Assembly: GCA_025463165.1 (NCBI GenBank)
Contig: JAOBAU010000027.1
Coordinates: 1-55,265, forward strand
Origin: Acidobacteriota bacterium
GTDB taxonomy: Bacteria; Acidobacteriota; Thermoanaerobaculia; Gp7-AA8
DNA length: 55,265 nucleotides
Reading direction: 5' to 3'
In this document: in pieces, positions 1 through 10,195 of the stretch
How positions within the stretch are numbered: the first letter of the stretch is position 1
Layout of the letters: each line of letters begins with the position of its first letter
Position numbers and translations under genes: made by a program
Notes under the pieces: model-generated
Databases searched by the model: none
Seen by the model: only the letters and a program-made list of their open reading frames with translations
Told to the model about the DNA's origin: nothing

Positions 1-121
1 GGAGGTGGTGCTGACGTTCGCGTGAGAGGCCGTTGCAAACCGTCACGGTGGAGGATCCTCAACAAATTGGGCTCAGGTCTGGAATGCTCGCTGCACGTCG
101 CCGCGGCAGGAGGAGGTTCAT

Positions 122-766
122 GTGACCCTGCCGCCCTGCTATTTCCCGCCGCCCGACGATGATCTTCCGGAGGGGACTCCACCTGACCCTTCGCGACGAA
201 CGTTCATGTTCACCTCCGTCGCCGCGACGGCTGCCGTGCTCGCTTCGCCGATCCTCGCAAAAGGCGAGCAGCCGGCGAAAGCAGCGATCGCCGATCCGCA
301 CGCGACCGCGGTGTCCCTCAACGTTAACGGCAAAGTACACGAGCTTCGTCTCGATCCACGCACGACGCTGCTGGACGCACTGCGCGAGCATCTCGATCTG
401 ACCGGCACGCGAAAAGGTTGCGATCAGGGAGCGTGCGGCGCCTGCACGGTGCTCGTCGATGGTCGTCGCGTCAACTCGTGTCTCACGCTCGCCGTGATGC
501 ACGGCGGCAAAAAGATCACGACGATCGAAGGGATCGCGCGGAACGAGCGGCTCCATCCGGTGCAGGCCGCGTTCATCCGCAACGACGGTTTTCAATGCGG
601 CTACTGCACGTCGGGACAGATCTGCTCGGCCGTTGCGCTGCTGCAGGAAGGACACGCGACGAGCGACGATGAGATTCGCGAATGGATGAGCGGCAACATC
701 TGCCGCTGCGGTGCCTACGAAGGAATCGTCGCCGCGGTTCGCGAAGCGGCCGGGAGGGAAGCATGA
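122..766 (+). CDS. Xanthine dehydrogenase/aldehyde oxidoreductase family [2Fe-2S] small subunit (PaoA/YagT-like), Tat-exported
   Basis: GTG-start ORF. It has a twin-arginine motif SRRTFMF followed by a hydrophobic stretch. Two ferredoxin Cys clusters are present: CDQGACGACTV and QCGYCTSGQ...CRCGAY. The stop overlaps the next start (ATGA at 763-766). Confidence 0.9.
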   Translation: MTLPPCYFPPPDDDLPEGTPPDPSRRTFMFTSVAATAAVLASPILAKGEQPAKAAIADPHATAVSLNVNGKVHELRLDPRTTLLDALREHLDLTGTRKGCDQGACGACTVLVDGRRVNSCLTLAVMHGGKKITTIEGIARNERLHPVQAAFIRNDGFQCGYCTSGQICSAVALLQEGHATSDDEIREWMSGNICRCGAYEGIVAAVREAAGREA

Positions 767-1749
767 ATCCCTTCGACTACGTCCGCGTCGAAAGCGCCAC
801 CGCGGCAATCACCTCGGGATCGCGCGCCGGCGCGAAGTTCATCGCCGGCGGCACCAATCTCGTCGACCTGATGAAGTGCGACGTGGAGCGCCCGCTGCAC
901 GTCGTCGACATCAACGCGTTGCCGCTCGCCGCGATCGAGCGCGTCTCCGGCGGCATCCGCATCGATGCGCTCGCGAAAATGAGCGACGTCGCCTCGCATC
1001 CGCTCGTGACACGCGACTTCCCGGCGATCTCGCAGGCGCTGCTCGCCAGCGCATCGCCGCAGCTCCGCAACGCCGCGTCGATCGGCGGCAATCTGATGCA
1101 GCGAACGCGCTGCCCGTACTTCCGCGAGCTGACCTTCGCGCCGTGCAACAAGCGCGAGCCGGGCTCCGGCTGCTCCGCCATCGATGGCGAAAACCGCACG
1201 CACGCAATCCTCGGCACCTCCGACGCGTGCATCGCCACGCATCCATCCGATCTCGCCGTGGCCGTAGCGGCGCTCGATGGCGTCCTGACCATTCGCAGCG
1301 CGAACGGTGAGCGCAAGGTCGCCGCAACCGATTTTCATCTCATCCCCGGCCGCACGCCGCACCTCGAGCACGACCTGCGGCACGGCGAGCTGATCACCTC
1401 TCTCTTCCTCCCCGACGCCGCGCACGCGCAGCACTCCGCCTATCTCAAGATCCGCGATCGCGCCGCGTACGAGTTCGCACTCACCGCGGCCGCGGCCGGT
1501 CTCGACATCAGCGGCGGCATCATCCGTTCCGCACGCGTGGCGCTCGGCGGTGTCGGAACGAAACCGTGGCGCGCACGCGCCGCGGAAGGAGTGCTCAGCG
1601 GCCAGCGTCCATCGGCGGAGCTCTTCCGCGCAGCGGCCGATGCTGAACTGCAAGCAGCGAAGCCACACGAACAAAACAAATTCAAGGTCGAGCTGGTGAA
1701 ACGAACGCTCGTGCGCGCGCTCACCGATCTGGCCGGAGGTGTCGCATGA
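763..1749 (+). CDS. FAD-binding (CO dehydrogenase flavoprotein-like) medium subunit (PaoB/YagS-like)
   Basis: Real start is MNPFDYVRV at 763; the upstream part of the 355-aa ORF is an Arg-rich read-through of paoA. It has the FAD-binding motif FIAGGTNLVDLMK and sits between the FeS and Mo subunits. Confidence 0.9.
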   Translation: MNPFDYVRVESATAAITSGSRAGAKFIAGGTNLVDLMKCDVERPLHVVDINALPLAAIERVSGGIRIDALAKMSDVASHPLVTRDFPAISQALLASASPQLRNAASIGGNLMQRTRCPYFRELTFAPCNKREPGSGCSAIDGENRTHAILGTSDACIATHPSDLAVAVAALDGVLTIRSANGERKVAATDFHLIPGRTPHLEHDLRHGELITSLFLPDAAHAQHSAYLKIRDRAAYEFALTAAAAGLDISGGIIRSARVALGGVGTKPWRARAAEGVLSGQRPSAELFRAAADAELQAAKPHEQNKFKVELVKRTLVRALTDLAGGVA

Positions 1750-3910
1750 CGCCGTCGATTCCGATGATCGGCGCGCCGGTCGAACGTCTCGAAGGTCGCG
1801 CCAAAGTCACCGGCGAAGCGCGCTACGCCACCGAGCACAAACTTGCGAACGCCGCCTGGGCATCGCTGGTCAGCAGCACGATTCCATCCGGCACGATCCG
1901 AAAATTGACACGACCGCGGCGCTGAAAGCACCGGGCGTGCTGGCGGTTCTCTCGCACGTCAATGCGCCGAAGCTGCAGAAGCCGCAGCGTACGCAGGGCG
2001 GCGGTGGCGGCGAAGCGAGCAGCAATCTCGCCGAAACCAACTACATCCCGTTCAGCGACGGCACCATCCACTACCTCGGCCAGCACATCGCGGTTGTCGT
2101 GGCCGATACGCTCGAGCACGCGGTGCGCGGCGCGGCGCTCGTTCGCGTCACATACGATCCGAAGCCGGCGAAGACGAGTCTCGATGAGCATCGCGCATCT
2201 GCGAAAGAAAAGGGGACGCAGCAATCACCCGCGTCGTTCGCGAAAGGCGATGCCGATGCCGCGTTCGCATCCGCGCCGCTGAAGGTCGATCAGATCTACC
2301 GCACCCCGTACGAGCATCACAATCCGATGGAAGCACACGGGCTGATCGCGTCGTGGGAAGGCGACTACCTCACGCTGTACGACTCGTCGCAGAACATCTT
2401 CTCGGTGCGCCGCACGATCTCGCAGATGTTCGGCGTCCCGCCGGAAAACATCCACGTGCTCTCTCAGTACATCGGCGGCGCGTTCGGCTCCAAAGGCTCC
2501 GTCTGGCCGCACGTCGTCATCGGGGTGATGGCCGCGCGTGAAGTCAAACGGCCGGTGAAGTTGATGGTCACGCGCAAACAACTCTTCTTCACCAACGGTC
2601 ATCGCCCCGCCACCGAACAGCGCGTCGCACTCGGCGCGAACGCTGACGGGAAACTCGTCTCGATCATTCACGAAGGATTCGGCCAGTCGAACAACGTCTG
2701 CACGTTCGTCGAGGCATTCACGGCATCGACGAAAGTGATCTACGACTCGCCGAACATGCGCGGCGTACATCGCGGAGTCGATCTCGATCTTCCATCCGGC
2801 ACGTACATGCGCGCGCCCGGTGACAGCACCGGCATGTTCGCGCTCGATTCAGCGATGGACGAGCTCGCGTACACGGCGAAGATCGATCCGCTGCAGCTGC
2901 GGCTGATCAATCACGCCGACCGCGATCCGCTCACCGGTAAGGAATGGTCGAGCAAATCGCTGAAGGAGTGTTACGCGCAGGCAGCGGAACGTTTCGGCTG
3001 GTCGCGCCGGACGCCGGAGCCGCGCTCGATGCGCGATGGCCGCGATCTCATCGGCTGCGGAATGGCGAGCGCCAACCGCCCGTCGCATCGCGCCCCCGCT
3101 TCCGCGCGTGCGCTGATGCGTTCCGACGGCACGGTGCTGATCCGCAGCGGCTCGCACGACATGGGGATGGGGACGCTGACCGTCATGACGCAGCTTGCGG
3201 CGGAAACGCTCGACGTTCCGATCGAGCGCGTGCGGATGGAGCTCGGCGACACGAACCTTCCGCAGACGCCGATCGCCGCCGGCTCGATGACCGCCGCGAG
3301 CGTCGGCTCCGCGGTCTTCGGCGCCGCAACCGAATTGCGAAAGAAGATCGCCGCACTCGATGGCGTCGATCCGGCCACGCTCGATCCAGCGACGTATACC
3401 GCGGTTCTGCGGCGACACTATCTCAACGAGATCGAAGTGCAGTTCAACGCGAAGCCACCCGAAGAAGATCCGTACTCGTCGCACGCATTCGGCGCGCACT
3501 TCGTCGAGGTAGCGGTCGATGCCGACATTCCGGTCGTACGCGTGCGACGTGTCGTCAGCGCATTCGCCGGCGGCCGCATTCTCAACGCAAAGACGGCACG
3601 CAGTCAGGGACTTGGCGGCATCGTCTGGGGCATCGGCATGGCGCTCCTCGAGCAGACGCATCTCGACACGAAGCTCGGCAGTTTCACGAACGTCAACTTC
3701 GGCGAGTACCTCGTGCCGGTGAATCCCGACATCCGCCAGCTCGAAGTCATCCTCGTCGAGGAAAACGATCCGCACGTGAATCCGATCGGCGTGAAGGGAA
3801 TCGGCGAAGTGAGCATGGTCGGAGTGGCCGGCGCGATCGCCAACGCCGTCTTTCACGCCACCGGCAAACGCGTACGCGAGCTGCCGATCACCGTCGAGAA
3901 ATTACTCTGA
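1746..3910 (+). pseudogene. Molybdopterin-binding large subunit (PaoC/YagR-like), interrupted by a 1-nt frameshift near 1901-1904
   Basis: ATG at 1746 reads MTPSIPMIGAPVERLEGRAKVTGEARYATEHKLANAAWASLVSSTIPSGTIRK, then hits TGA at 1923-1925. The family-typical continuation IDTTAALKAPGVLAVLSH... lies in the frame of ORF 1739..3910. The two frames join at the A4 run 1901-1904. Confidence 0.8.
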
Positions 3911-4794
3911 TGCACGAGATCGATCGCGTCCTCGCAACCGTTCGCCGCATCGTCGATGAAGGACGGCGCGGCGTGCTCATCACCATCATCTCGACGACCG
4001 GCTCGACCTATCGCCGCGCCGGTGCGCGCGCCGTCATCGACGAGCACGGCAACGCTACCGGCATGGTCAGCGGAGGCTGCGTCGAGCGCGATCTCGCGGA
4101 ACGCGTTCGTCCCTGGATCGACGATCTGCAGCCGCGGCTGATCTCGTACGACGCCACCCGCTCCACCGACATCCTCTTCGGCCTCGGGCTCGGCTGCCGC
4201 GGCACGATGGAACTGTTCATCGAGCCGTTCGATGCCGCGCATCTCCCGCCGCTCGCCGTCGACTTTCGATGGAATGGCCGCGAGCCGGTCGCTCGGACGA
4301 CGACGTTCGAAGGACGGACGCTGCTCGTCGAATCGATTCGTCCGCAGCGCTCGCTCGCACTGTTCGGAAGCGGCGCCGATGCCGATCCGGTGCTGCAGAT
4401 CGCCGAACAGGCGGGCTGGCGCGTCACACGATTTCCATCCCGCCAGCTGCCGCCCGATCCCGACGCATTCGATGCGGCAGTGGTGATGACGCACAACTTC
4501 CTCACCGATCTCGCGCTGCTCGACGTGCTGCTACCGAGCGCCGTACCGTACGTCGGACTGCTCGGCCCGAAACGTCGCGGTGATGAGCTGCTCGCGCAGG
4601 CAAGCGACGCCGCTCGCGCCCAACGTTCGAAGCTGCACAGTCCGATCGGCCTCGACCTCGGCGGGGAAACGCCGGAAGAGATCGCGTTATCGATCGTCGC
4701 CGAGATCCAGGCGGTGCTGCACCGTCGCCGAGGAGGACCGTTGCAGGAACGCGACGCGGCGATTCACGATCATGAGACGGTGGCGTGTCTCTGA
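3910..4794 (+). CDS. XdhC/CoxI family molybdoenzyme maturation factor (PaoD-like)
   Basis: Start MHEIDRVLATV at 3910 overlaps the paoC-like stop (TGATG). XdhC-like sequence: VLITIISTTGSTYRRAGARAVI...GMVSGGCVE. The first 322 codons of the listed 616-aa ORF are out-of-frame overlap with the previous gene. Confidence 0.9.
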   Translation: MHEIDRVLATVRRIVDEGRRGVLITIISTTGSTYRRAGARAVIDEHGNATGMVSGGCVERDLAERVRPWIDDLQPRLISYDATRSTDILFGLGLGCRGTMELFIEPFDAAHLPPLAVDFRWNGREPVARTTTFEGRTLLVESIRPQRSLALFGSGADADPVLQIAEQAGWRVTRFPSRQLPPDPDAFDAAVVMTHNFLTDLALLDVLLPSAVPYVGLLGPKRRGDELLAQASDAARAQRSKLHSPIGLDLGGETPEEIALSIVAEIQAVLHRRRGGPLQERDAAIHDHETVACL

Positions 4795-5534
4795 ACGTCA
4801 TCGTGCTCGCGGCCGGTTTCTCGCGCCGATTCGGCAGCGCGAAACAGCTTCATCGGATCGATGGAGAATCGATGGTTCGTCGCGCAGCGATGACCGCCGC
4901 TTCGATCGCGCCGGCGATCGTCGTCATTCCTTCGAACGCGCCGCTGATTCGCGACGCGCTGCACGGCCTCGACGTCGCGATCGTCGAGAACCCGGGCGCC
5001 GACGAAGGGATGGCTTCGTCGATTCGCACCGGTGTGAATGCATGCGATGGCGATGTCGTGATCACGCTTTGCGATCAGCCCCGCGTCACGAGCGCGCATC
5101 TCGCCGCACTCGTCACGACCGGTGCGCCGATCGCGGCAACGGCCTACGCGGACACACTCGGCGTTCCCGCGTTTTTCGCGGAACGCTTTCGCGGCGAGCT
5201 GCTGGCGCTGCGCGGGGACCGCGGCGCGAAGGCGATCCTCGCGGCGCATCGTTCGGAAGTGGTCGCCATCGAGCTCGAAGCGGCGGCCGACGATCTCGAT
5301 GTGATCCCCGGCTCACGCCGCTCGCGTCATCCCGCCACGTCGATCGTCGACGTAAATCCCTTCTGCATCGGGCCGGACGGCGTATCGAAGTACGCCACGC
5401 CGCGTAGCGTGGTCGGCTCGACCACGTGCGTACGCATCGAGCCGGTCGCGGTTCCCCACATCGTGAACGTTGCGGTCTCCGTTGAATGCGGCGCGATCAC
5501 GACGTTGAATTGTTCGGAGCGATTGGGGAGCTGA
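4785..5534 (+). CDS. MobA/MocA-like nucleotidyltransferase (molybdenum cofactor cytidylyltransferase-like); 3' end uncertain
   Basis: N-terminal motif VIVLAAGFSRRFGSAKQL, and a position downstream of XdhC. The ORF runs about 50 codons longer than the roughly 190-210 aa I recall as typical, and its last 208 nt overlap a convincing convergent lipoprotein gene. Confidence 0.75.
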   Translation: MSLNVIVLAAGFSRRFGSAKQLHRIDGESMVRRAAMTAASIAPAIVVIPSNAPLIRDALHGLDVAIVENPGADEGMASSIRTGVNACDGDVVITLCDQPRVTSAHLAALVTTGAPIAATAYADTLGVPAFFAERFRGELLALRGDRGAKAILAAHRSEVVAIELEAAADDLDVIPGSRRSRHPATSIVDVNPFCIGPDGVSKYATPRSVVGSTTCVRIEPVAVPHIVNVAVSVECGAITTLNCSERLGS

Positions 5535-5767
5535 TAGAAGCCGCCGCTGGTGCTTCGGAGCTCGACGCGGCGCAGCGTCAGCTGCTGATCGGCGTTATTG
5601 GTGATCTCGAGCGCATATCGGAGCCTGACCGGGCCGTTGCTGTAGAGGAAGTCGGACGACTCGTTGGCCTGGCCGAGGCGGAGGTCGGGCTGCGGGAACG
5701 ACGGCTTGCCGTCCTTCGATGATGCGCAGGCGACGGCGAGGAGCAGAATCACCAGTAGTTTCTTCAT
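5327..5767 (-). CDS. Lipoprotein, function unknown
   Basis: Start MKKLLVILLLAVAC (lipobox LAVAC) at 5767. Its ATG overlaps the stop of the upstream symporter gene (ATGA). The mature part looks beta-rich. Confidence 0.75.
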   Translation of the reverse strand: MKKLLVILLLAVACASSKDGKPSFPQPDLRLGQANESSDFLYSNGPVRLRYALEITNNADQQLTLRRVELRSTSGGFYQLPNRSEQFNVVIAPHSTETATFTMWGTATGSMRTHVVEPTTLRGVAYFDTPSGPMQKGFTSTIDVAG

Positions 5768-7173
5768 GACACGATCGCCAGCTGTCCGGTCACGGCTTCG
5801 AGCTCTGCTTCTTCGGCGACCCATTCGCTGTTGCGGAACGACTTCTCCCACCGCGCGATCACAACGGTGGCCAGGCAATTGCCGATTACGTTCACGCACG
5901 TCCGCGCCATATCCATCAGCTCATCCACTCCGAGAATCACCAGCACGCCCTCGGCCGGCAGGCCGAATGATGCGAGCGTTCCCAGCAGAATGACGAGTGA
6001 TGCACGCGGCACACCCGCGACGCCTTTCGACGTCAGCATCAGCGTCAGCATCATGAAGATCTGCTGCGTCCAGCTCATGTGTACGCCGGCGGCCTGCGCC
6101 ACGAACACCGAGGCGAGCGCGAGATAGAGCGTGGTTCCATCGAGGTTGAAGCTGTAGCCGGTCGGCAGCACGAAGCCGACGATTCGTCGCGGGACTCCGA
6201 GGCGCTGCATGTTCTCCATCGCCTTCGGCAACGCCGATTCCGACGACGTCGTGGCGAACGCGATCGTGGCCGGCGTTTTCACCGCGCGCAGGAAGTCGCG
6301 GATCGGTACGCGGAACAGGAGCGCCACCGGCAGCAGCACGACGAGCGCGAAGACGATCAGCGCACCGTACAACGTGCCGACCAGCATGCTGAGATTCAGC
6401 AGGACGCGAAAGCCGTGTCCTTCCTTCATCGAATGCCCGAGCGTGTTTGCCATCGCGGCGCCGACGCCGATCGGCGCGAACTGCATCACGAACTCGGTGA
6501 AACGAAACATGATGTCGGCGAGCGATTCACACCAGCCGACGACGTGCTTCGCCTTCTCGCCGATGCTCGTCACCGCGAGCGCGAACAGCACTGAGAAGAC
6601 GACGATCTGCAGCACGTCGCCTTCCGCCATCGCTTTGATGATCGATGCGGGAGCGAGGTGGCCGATGATGTCGCCGAACGTTTGCGGCTTAGCCGGCGCA
6701 TCCGGGGCCGTCAGCCCTTTCGCCACCGCATCGGCCGCAGCCGACGCGCTCGCGGCAGCCGTCGCCGAGTCGCCGCGTAGCGCGGCCGCCTGTGATTCGG
6801 CGGCGAGCTTCTTCGCACGATCGGCGAGGATCGATTTGTTCTCTTCCTGCTTCTTGCCGGCCAGCGATACGCCGACTCCCGGCTTCGTGATGTTGACGGC
6901 CGCGAGTCCGATGAAGAGCGCGAACGTCGTGACGATCTCGAAGTAGATGAGCGACTTCAGTCCGATGCGGCCGACCTGTTTGATGTCGCCGGTGCCGGCG
7001 ATGCCGATCACGAGCGTCGAAAAAATCAGCGGCGCGATGATCGACTTGATCAGGTTCAGGAAGAGGATCGACAGCGGCCGCATGGCCAGGCCCCAGTCGG
7101 GCGCGAGCCATCCGAGGAAGATACCGGCGAAGAGACCGATGAAGATCTTCGTAGTGAGCGAGATTTTCGGCAT
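5764..7173 (-). CDS. Dicarboxylate/amino acid:cation symporter (DAACS, GltP/DctA family)
   Basis: Start MPKISLTTKIFIGLFAG at 7173. Family motifs are TSSESALP, FNLDGTTLY and VDELMDMARTCVNVIGN. An Ala-rich insert (AAESQAAALRGDSATAAASASAAADAVAK) sits in the extracellular loop. Confidence 0.9.
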   Translation of the reverse strand: MPKISLTTKIFIGLFAGIFLGWLAPDWGLAMRPLSILFLNLIKSIIAPLIFSTLVIGIAGTGDIKQVGRIGLKSLIYFEIVTTFALFIGLAAVNITKPGVGVSLAGKKQEENKSILADRAKKLAAESQAAALRGDSATAAASASAAADAVAKGLTAPDAPAKPQTFGDIIGHLAPASIIKAMAEGDVLQIVVFSVLFALAVTSIGEKAKHVVGWCESLADIMFRFTEFVMQFAPIGVGAAMANTLGHSMKEGHGFRVLLNLSMLVGTLYGALIVFALVVLLPVALLFRVPIRDFLRAVKTPATIAFATTSSESALPKAMENMQRLGVPRRIVGFVLPTGYSFNLDGTTLYLALASVFVAQAAGVHMSWTQQIFMMLTLMLTSKGVAGVPRASLVILLGTLASFGLPAEGVLVILGVDELMDMARTCVNVIGNCLATVVIARWEKSFRNSEWVAEEAELEAVTGQLAIVS

Positions 7174-7198
7174 GCGCCGCGAAGTGTAACCGGACGCG

Positions 7199-8764
7199 TC
7201 AGGAGCGGCGCAGGCTGAATGCGTGAAACGCCGCGGCGCCGGCAGCGAATGCAATCGCGAGCGCGGCGTATGCGGTCATGACGAGCGGAGTCGTTACGCC
7301 GTTCAGCCCCGCGTAATCGAGCGCGGGGTTCGCGCCCTTGTCATTCATGGCCACGTACCAGAAGAGCAGGAACACGACGACGAACGATTTCGGATTTGCG
7401 CTGACGACGCCGAGCATCGTCGCCGCGGCGCAGACGAACATGATGGCGATGACGAGCGGGCCGAGCGCCGCCGGACGAACCAGTGCGAAGCGGACGATCG
7501 CGCCGGCGAAGAACGCGAAGCCGATGACGAGCGATGACAGCAGCTTCCAGATGACGAAACGCTCGCGCAGTTGCGGCGCCGCACGAACGAGTGCCGTCGT
7601 GCCGGCGCGCGACTCGCGGCAGGCGACGTCGGCGATCGTGATGGCCAGCGCACCGAAGACGATCGGGAGCAGCCCGGTCACGCTCTTCAGCGGCATGACA
7701 AGCGAGAGCACATTGAAGACGATCATCGCAATGAACGCGATCGGCATCGCACTCACGGTCAGCATCGAATCGAGTGCGATGGAACGCGCGAACGACGCTC
7801 GTCCACCGCTCGGCGCCAGCGCGAACATCATCCGCGCGAACGGTTTGGCCAGCGCGTTGATGCGACCGATCCAGTTCCGTTTCGCTTTCTCCGTGACGCG
7901 CACGCGCGCCGGATCGAACCGATGAAAGAAGAGCGATGCAACGCCAAGGATTGGCGCGGCGAGGAGACACGTCCCGATGCGCGGCACTACGAGATTGAAG
8001 GACGACGGCAGACCAGCGAAGACGAACACGCCTTTGCTCGCGTCGAAGGTCGACGAGCCGATCGATACAGAATTCGTGTGCAGCGTGAGCCGCAGCGATT
8101 CGAAGAGATAGCCGGTGCCGGAGATGTCGAAGATCCCGATCCAGTGGAGTGACTGCGCCGACTTGTCGGTCATCGCCGCGACCACGCCGATCGACGCCAT
8201 CCAGACGAAGAAGTAGACGACGTCGCCAAAGCGGCCGGAGAGCCAGGGAATCGATTCGAAGAGGATCGCGATCGCCGCGACGACGACGATTCCCGGCACG
8301 ACGAGCAGCAGGTACTGCTTCGCAAAGACGAGCGGTTGCAGCGGCGCTTCACCGCGCACGAGCTGCATCAACATCGACGTGGCCATGAAGCCGCCGATGA
8401 AGGTGAAGAGGAACGCGAGGTTCCCGGCGAACTTGCCGAAGAGATACTCGCCGCCGCGCATGCCGGTCGACGCGAGGACGAAGCCGCATCGCGTGCTGAC
8501 GTCGCGGCGCAGCGCATTGGAGATGACGTAGAAGCCGATCAGGCCGATGAAGATCGTCGCCAGCGACGCGGTCCCCATCCCGACGGCGGCGGAGTTGTAG
8601 ATGGCGCGCTGGCCGTTGATCTCCAGCAGCGTGCGGCCGGTCGATGGAGCGGGAACCCACATGTACGCGCAGGCGCTCAGCAGCAAGAAAAGGATCGCGG
8701 TCGACGGACGGCGAAAGCGAATGCGCACGTCGTTGACGACGATCGCCGTGATGCGGCGAATCAC
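7199..8764 (-). CDS. Polytopic membrane protein, probable ABC-2 type exporter permease
   Basis: GTG start at 8764 overlaps the stop of the upstream ABC ATPase (GTGA). It has many hydrophobic segments. The first 63 codons of the listed ORF overlap the ATPase gene out of frame. Confidence 0.7.
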   Translation of the reverse strand: MIRRITAIVVNDVRIRFRRPSTAILFLLLSACAYMWVPAPSTGRTLLEINGQRAIYNSAAVGMGTASLATIFIGLIGFYVISNALRRDVSTRCGFVLASTGMRGGEYLFGKFAGNLAFLFTFIGGFMATSMLMQLVRGEAPLQPLVFAKQYLLLVVPGIVVVAAIAILFESIPWLSGRFGDVVYFFVWMASIGVVAAMTDKSAQSLHWIGIFDISGTGYLFESLRLTLHTNSVSIGSSTFDASKGVFVFAGLPSSFNLVVPRIGTCLLAAPILGVASLFFHRFDPARVRVTEKAKRNWIGRINALAKPFARMMFALAPSGGRASFARSIALDSMLTVSAMPIAFIAMIVFNVLSLVMPLKSVTGLLPIVFGALAITIADVACRESRAGTTALVRAAPQLRERFVIWKLLSSLVIGFAFFAGAIVRFALVRPAALGPLVIAIMFVCAAATMLGVVSANPKSFVVVFLLFWYVAMNDKGANPALDYAGLNGVTTPLVMTAYAALAIAFAAGAAAFHAFSLRRS

Positions 8765-9618
8765 GCGGCCCGTCCCGTCATCGTGCAGAGATACGCGTCC
8801 TCGAGCGTCGGTTCCGCGGCGATGGCGCCGGCGAACGGCTGCTCTCCGCTGACGACGCGCAGATGCACGCCGTCCGCTTTGCGCACCGCGCTCGAGATCG
8901 TGAGTCGCGCGCGCATCACATCCAGCTCCGTCGACGCCATCACTCCCGCCCACACACTCCCCTCGGCGCTCCGCAGCAGTTCTTCCGGCGTCCCCATCGC
9001 GACGAGCGAGCCGCCTTTCATGATGGCGATCTCGTTCGCGACCGCTTCGACGTCGGAGACGACGTGCGTCGAGAGGATGACGAGCTTTCCGGAGCCGACT
9101 TCCGCGAGCAGATTGCGAAAGCGGACGCGCTCTTCGGGATCGAGCCCGGCTGTCGGCTCATCGACGATGACGAGATCGGGATTGCCGATCAGCGCCTGCG
9201 CGATGCCGAGCCGCTGCTTCATGCCGCCGGAGAATCCGCCGACCGCGCGGTTCGCGACCGTGTGCAGGTTGACGGCTTCCAACAGCTCGCGGACGCGCTG
9301 CTTGCCGCCGACGCCTTTCAGCGCGGCGAAGTACGAGAGGAACTCGAACGCGGTGAGGTTGTCGTAGACGCCGAAGTCCTGTGGCAGATAGCCGAGGCGG
9401 CGGCGGAGTGCGTCGGGTTTCGCGACGACGTCGACGCCATCGAAGAGGATGCGGCCGGAAGTCGGCTTCGTGATCGTGGCGATCATCTGCATCAGCGTCG
9501 TCTTCCCCGCGCCGTTCGGACCGAGGAGCCCGACGACGCCGGAGACGTTCAGCGAGACGTTCCGCACGCCGTAGTTGCCGGAGCGGAAACGTTTGGAGAC
9601 CGATTCGATGCTGAGCAT
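8761..9618 (-). CDS. ABC transporter ATP-binding protein
   Basis: Walker A GPNGAGKTT, signature FSGGMKQRL, Walker B LVIVDEPTAGLD. Confidence 0.93.
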   Translation of the reverse strand: MLSIESVSKRFRSGNYGVRNVSLNVSGVVGLLGPNGAGKTTLMQMIATITKPTSGRILFDGVDVVAKPDALRRRLGYLPQDFGVYDNLTAFEFLSYFAALKGVGGKQRVRELLEAVNLHTVANRAVGGFSGGMKQRLGIAQALIGNPDLVIVDEPTAGLDPEERVRFRNLLAEVGSGKLVILSTHVVSDVEAVANEIAIMKGGSLVAMGTPEELLRSAEGSVWAGVMASTELDVMRARLTISSAVRKADGVHLRVVSGEQPFAGAIAAEPTLEDAYLCTMTGRAA

Positions 9619-9655
9619 GGCGTGCTTCTACGTGAGACGCGCCGTCATGTTGCGC

Positions 9656-10195
9656 TCATGCGATCCGATGTTCCGCGATCGTGGTGTTGAACGTCTTCCC
9701 GCCGACGTCGACGTACAGCTGGCGTTCGGTGATCGACAGCGAGATGTTCGTCCTTCGATCGATCAGCGATGCGAACTCGTCGACGAACTTTGCATCGAAC
9801 GCGTAGATCGGAATCTCGGCGGCGCGATGGATTTTTTTCGCGACGAGCTGCGGGAAGAACTGGCGGATATCTCGATGCGTGTAAACGGCGGCGCGGCCGG
9901 CGAGCTTCATCCCGCGATGCAAACGTTCCGCATCGGGTGCGCCGACTTCGATCCATGCGGTGATCGTTCCGGTGAGATCGCGAACGAGCACGGCCGGGTC
10001 GTCGCCGGCGGAAACGCCTTGCGTCATCTCGATCCCCTCCTCGTATTCGAGGCAGTACGCGAGGACGCGCATCAGCATGTACTCCGCGCTTTCGGACGGA
10101 TGCCGCGCCACGCGCAGGTCGAGCGTTTCGTAGACGCCGCGATCGATGTCGGAGAGCTCGACCGTCAGGTTGTAGATGGTCGCGGTCAGCGCCAT
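9656..10195 (-). CDS. yaeQ: YaeQ family protein
   Basis: The start MALTATIYNLTVELSDIDRGVYETLDLRVARHPSES and a length of 179 aa match my recollection of the YaeQ family. Confidence 0.8.
   Translation of the reverse strand: MALTATIYNLTVELSDIDRGVYETLDLRVARHPSESAEYMLMRVLAYCLEYEEGIEMTQGVSAGDDPAVLVRDLTGTITAWIEVGAPDAERLHRGMKLAGRAAVYTHRDIRQFFPQLVAKKIHRAAEIPIYAFDAKFVDEFASLIDRRTNISLSITERQLYVDVGGKTFNTTIAEHRIA

Noticed and set aside
2944-3909. The long N-terminal extension of the 616-aa ORF, upstream of the XdhC-like gene.
   Set aside because: The translation is Arg/Ala-rich low-complexity sequence that overlaps the paoC-like gene in another frame. The real start is the ATG at 3910, which overlaps the paoC stop. 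This is typical high-GC ORF inflation. The same applies to 14065-14466, 25795-26121, 29379-29621, 39684-40187 and 50781-51215.
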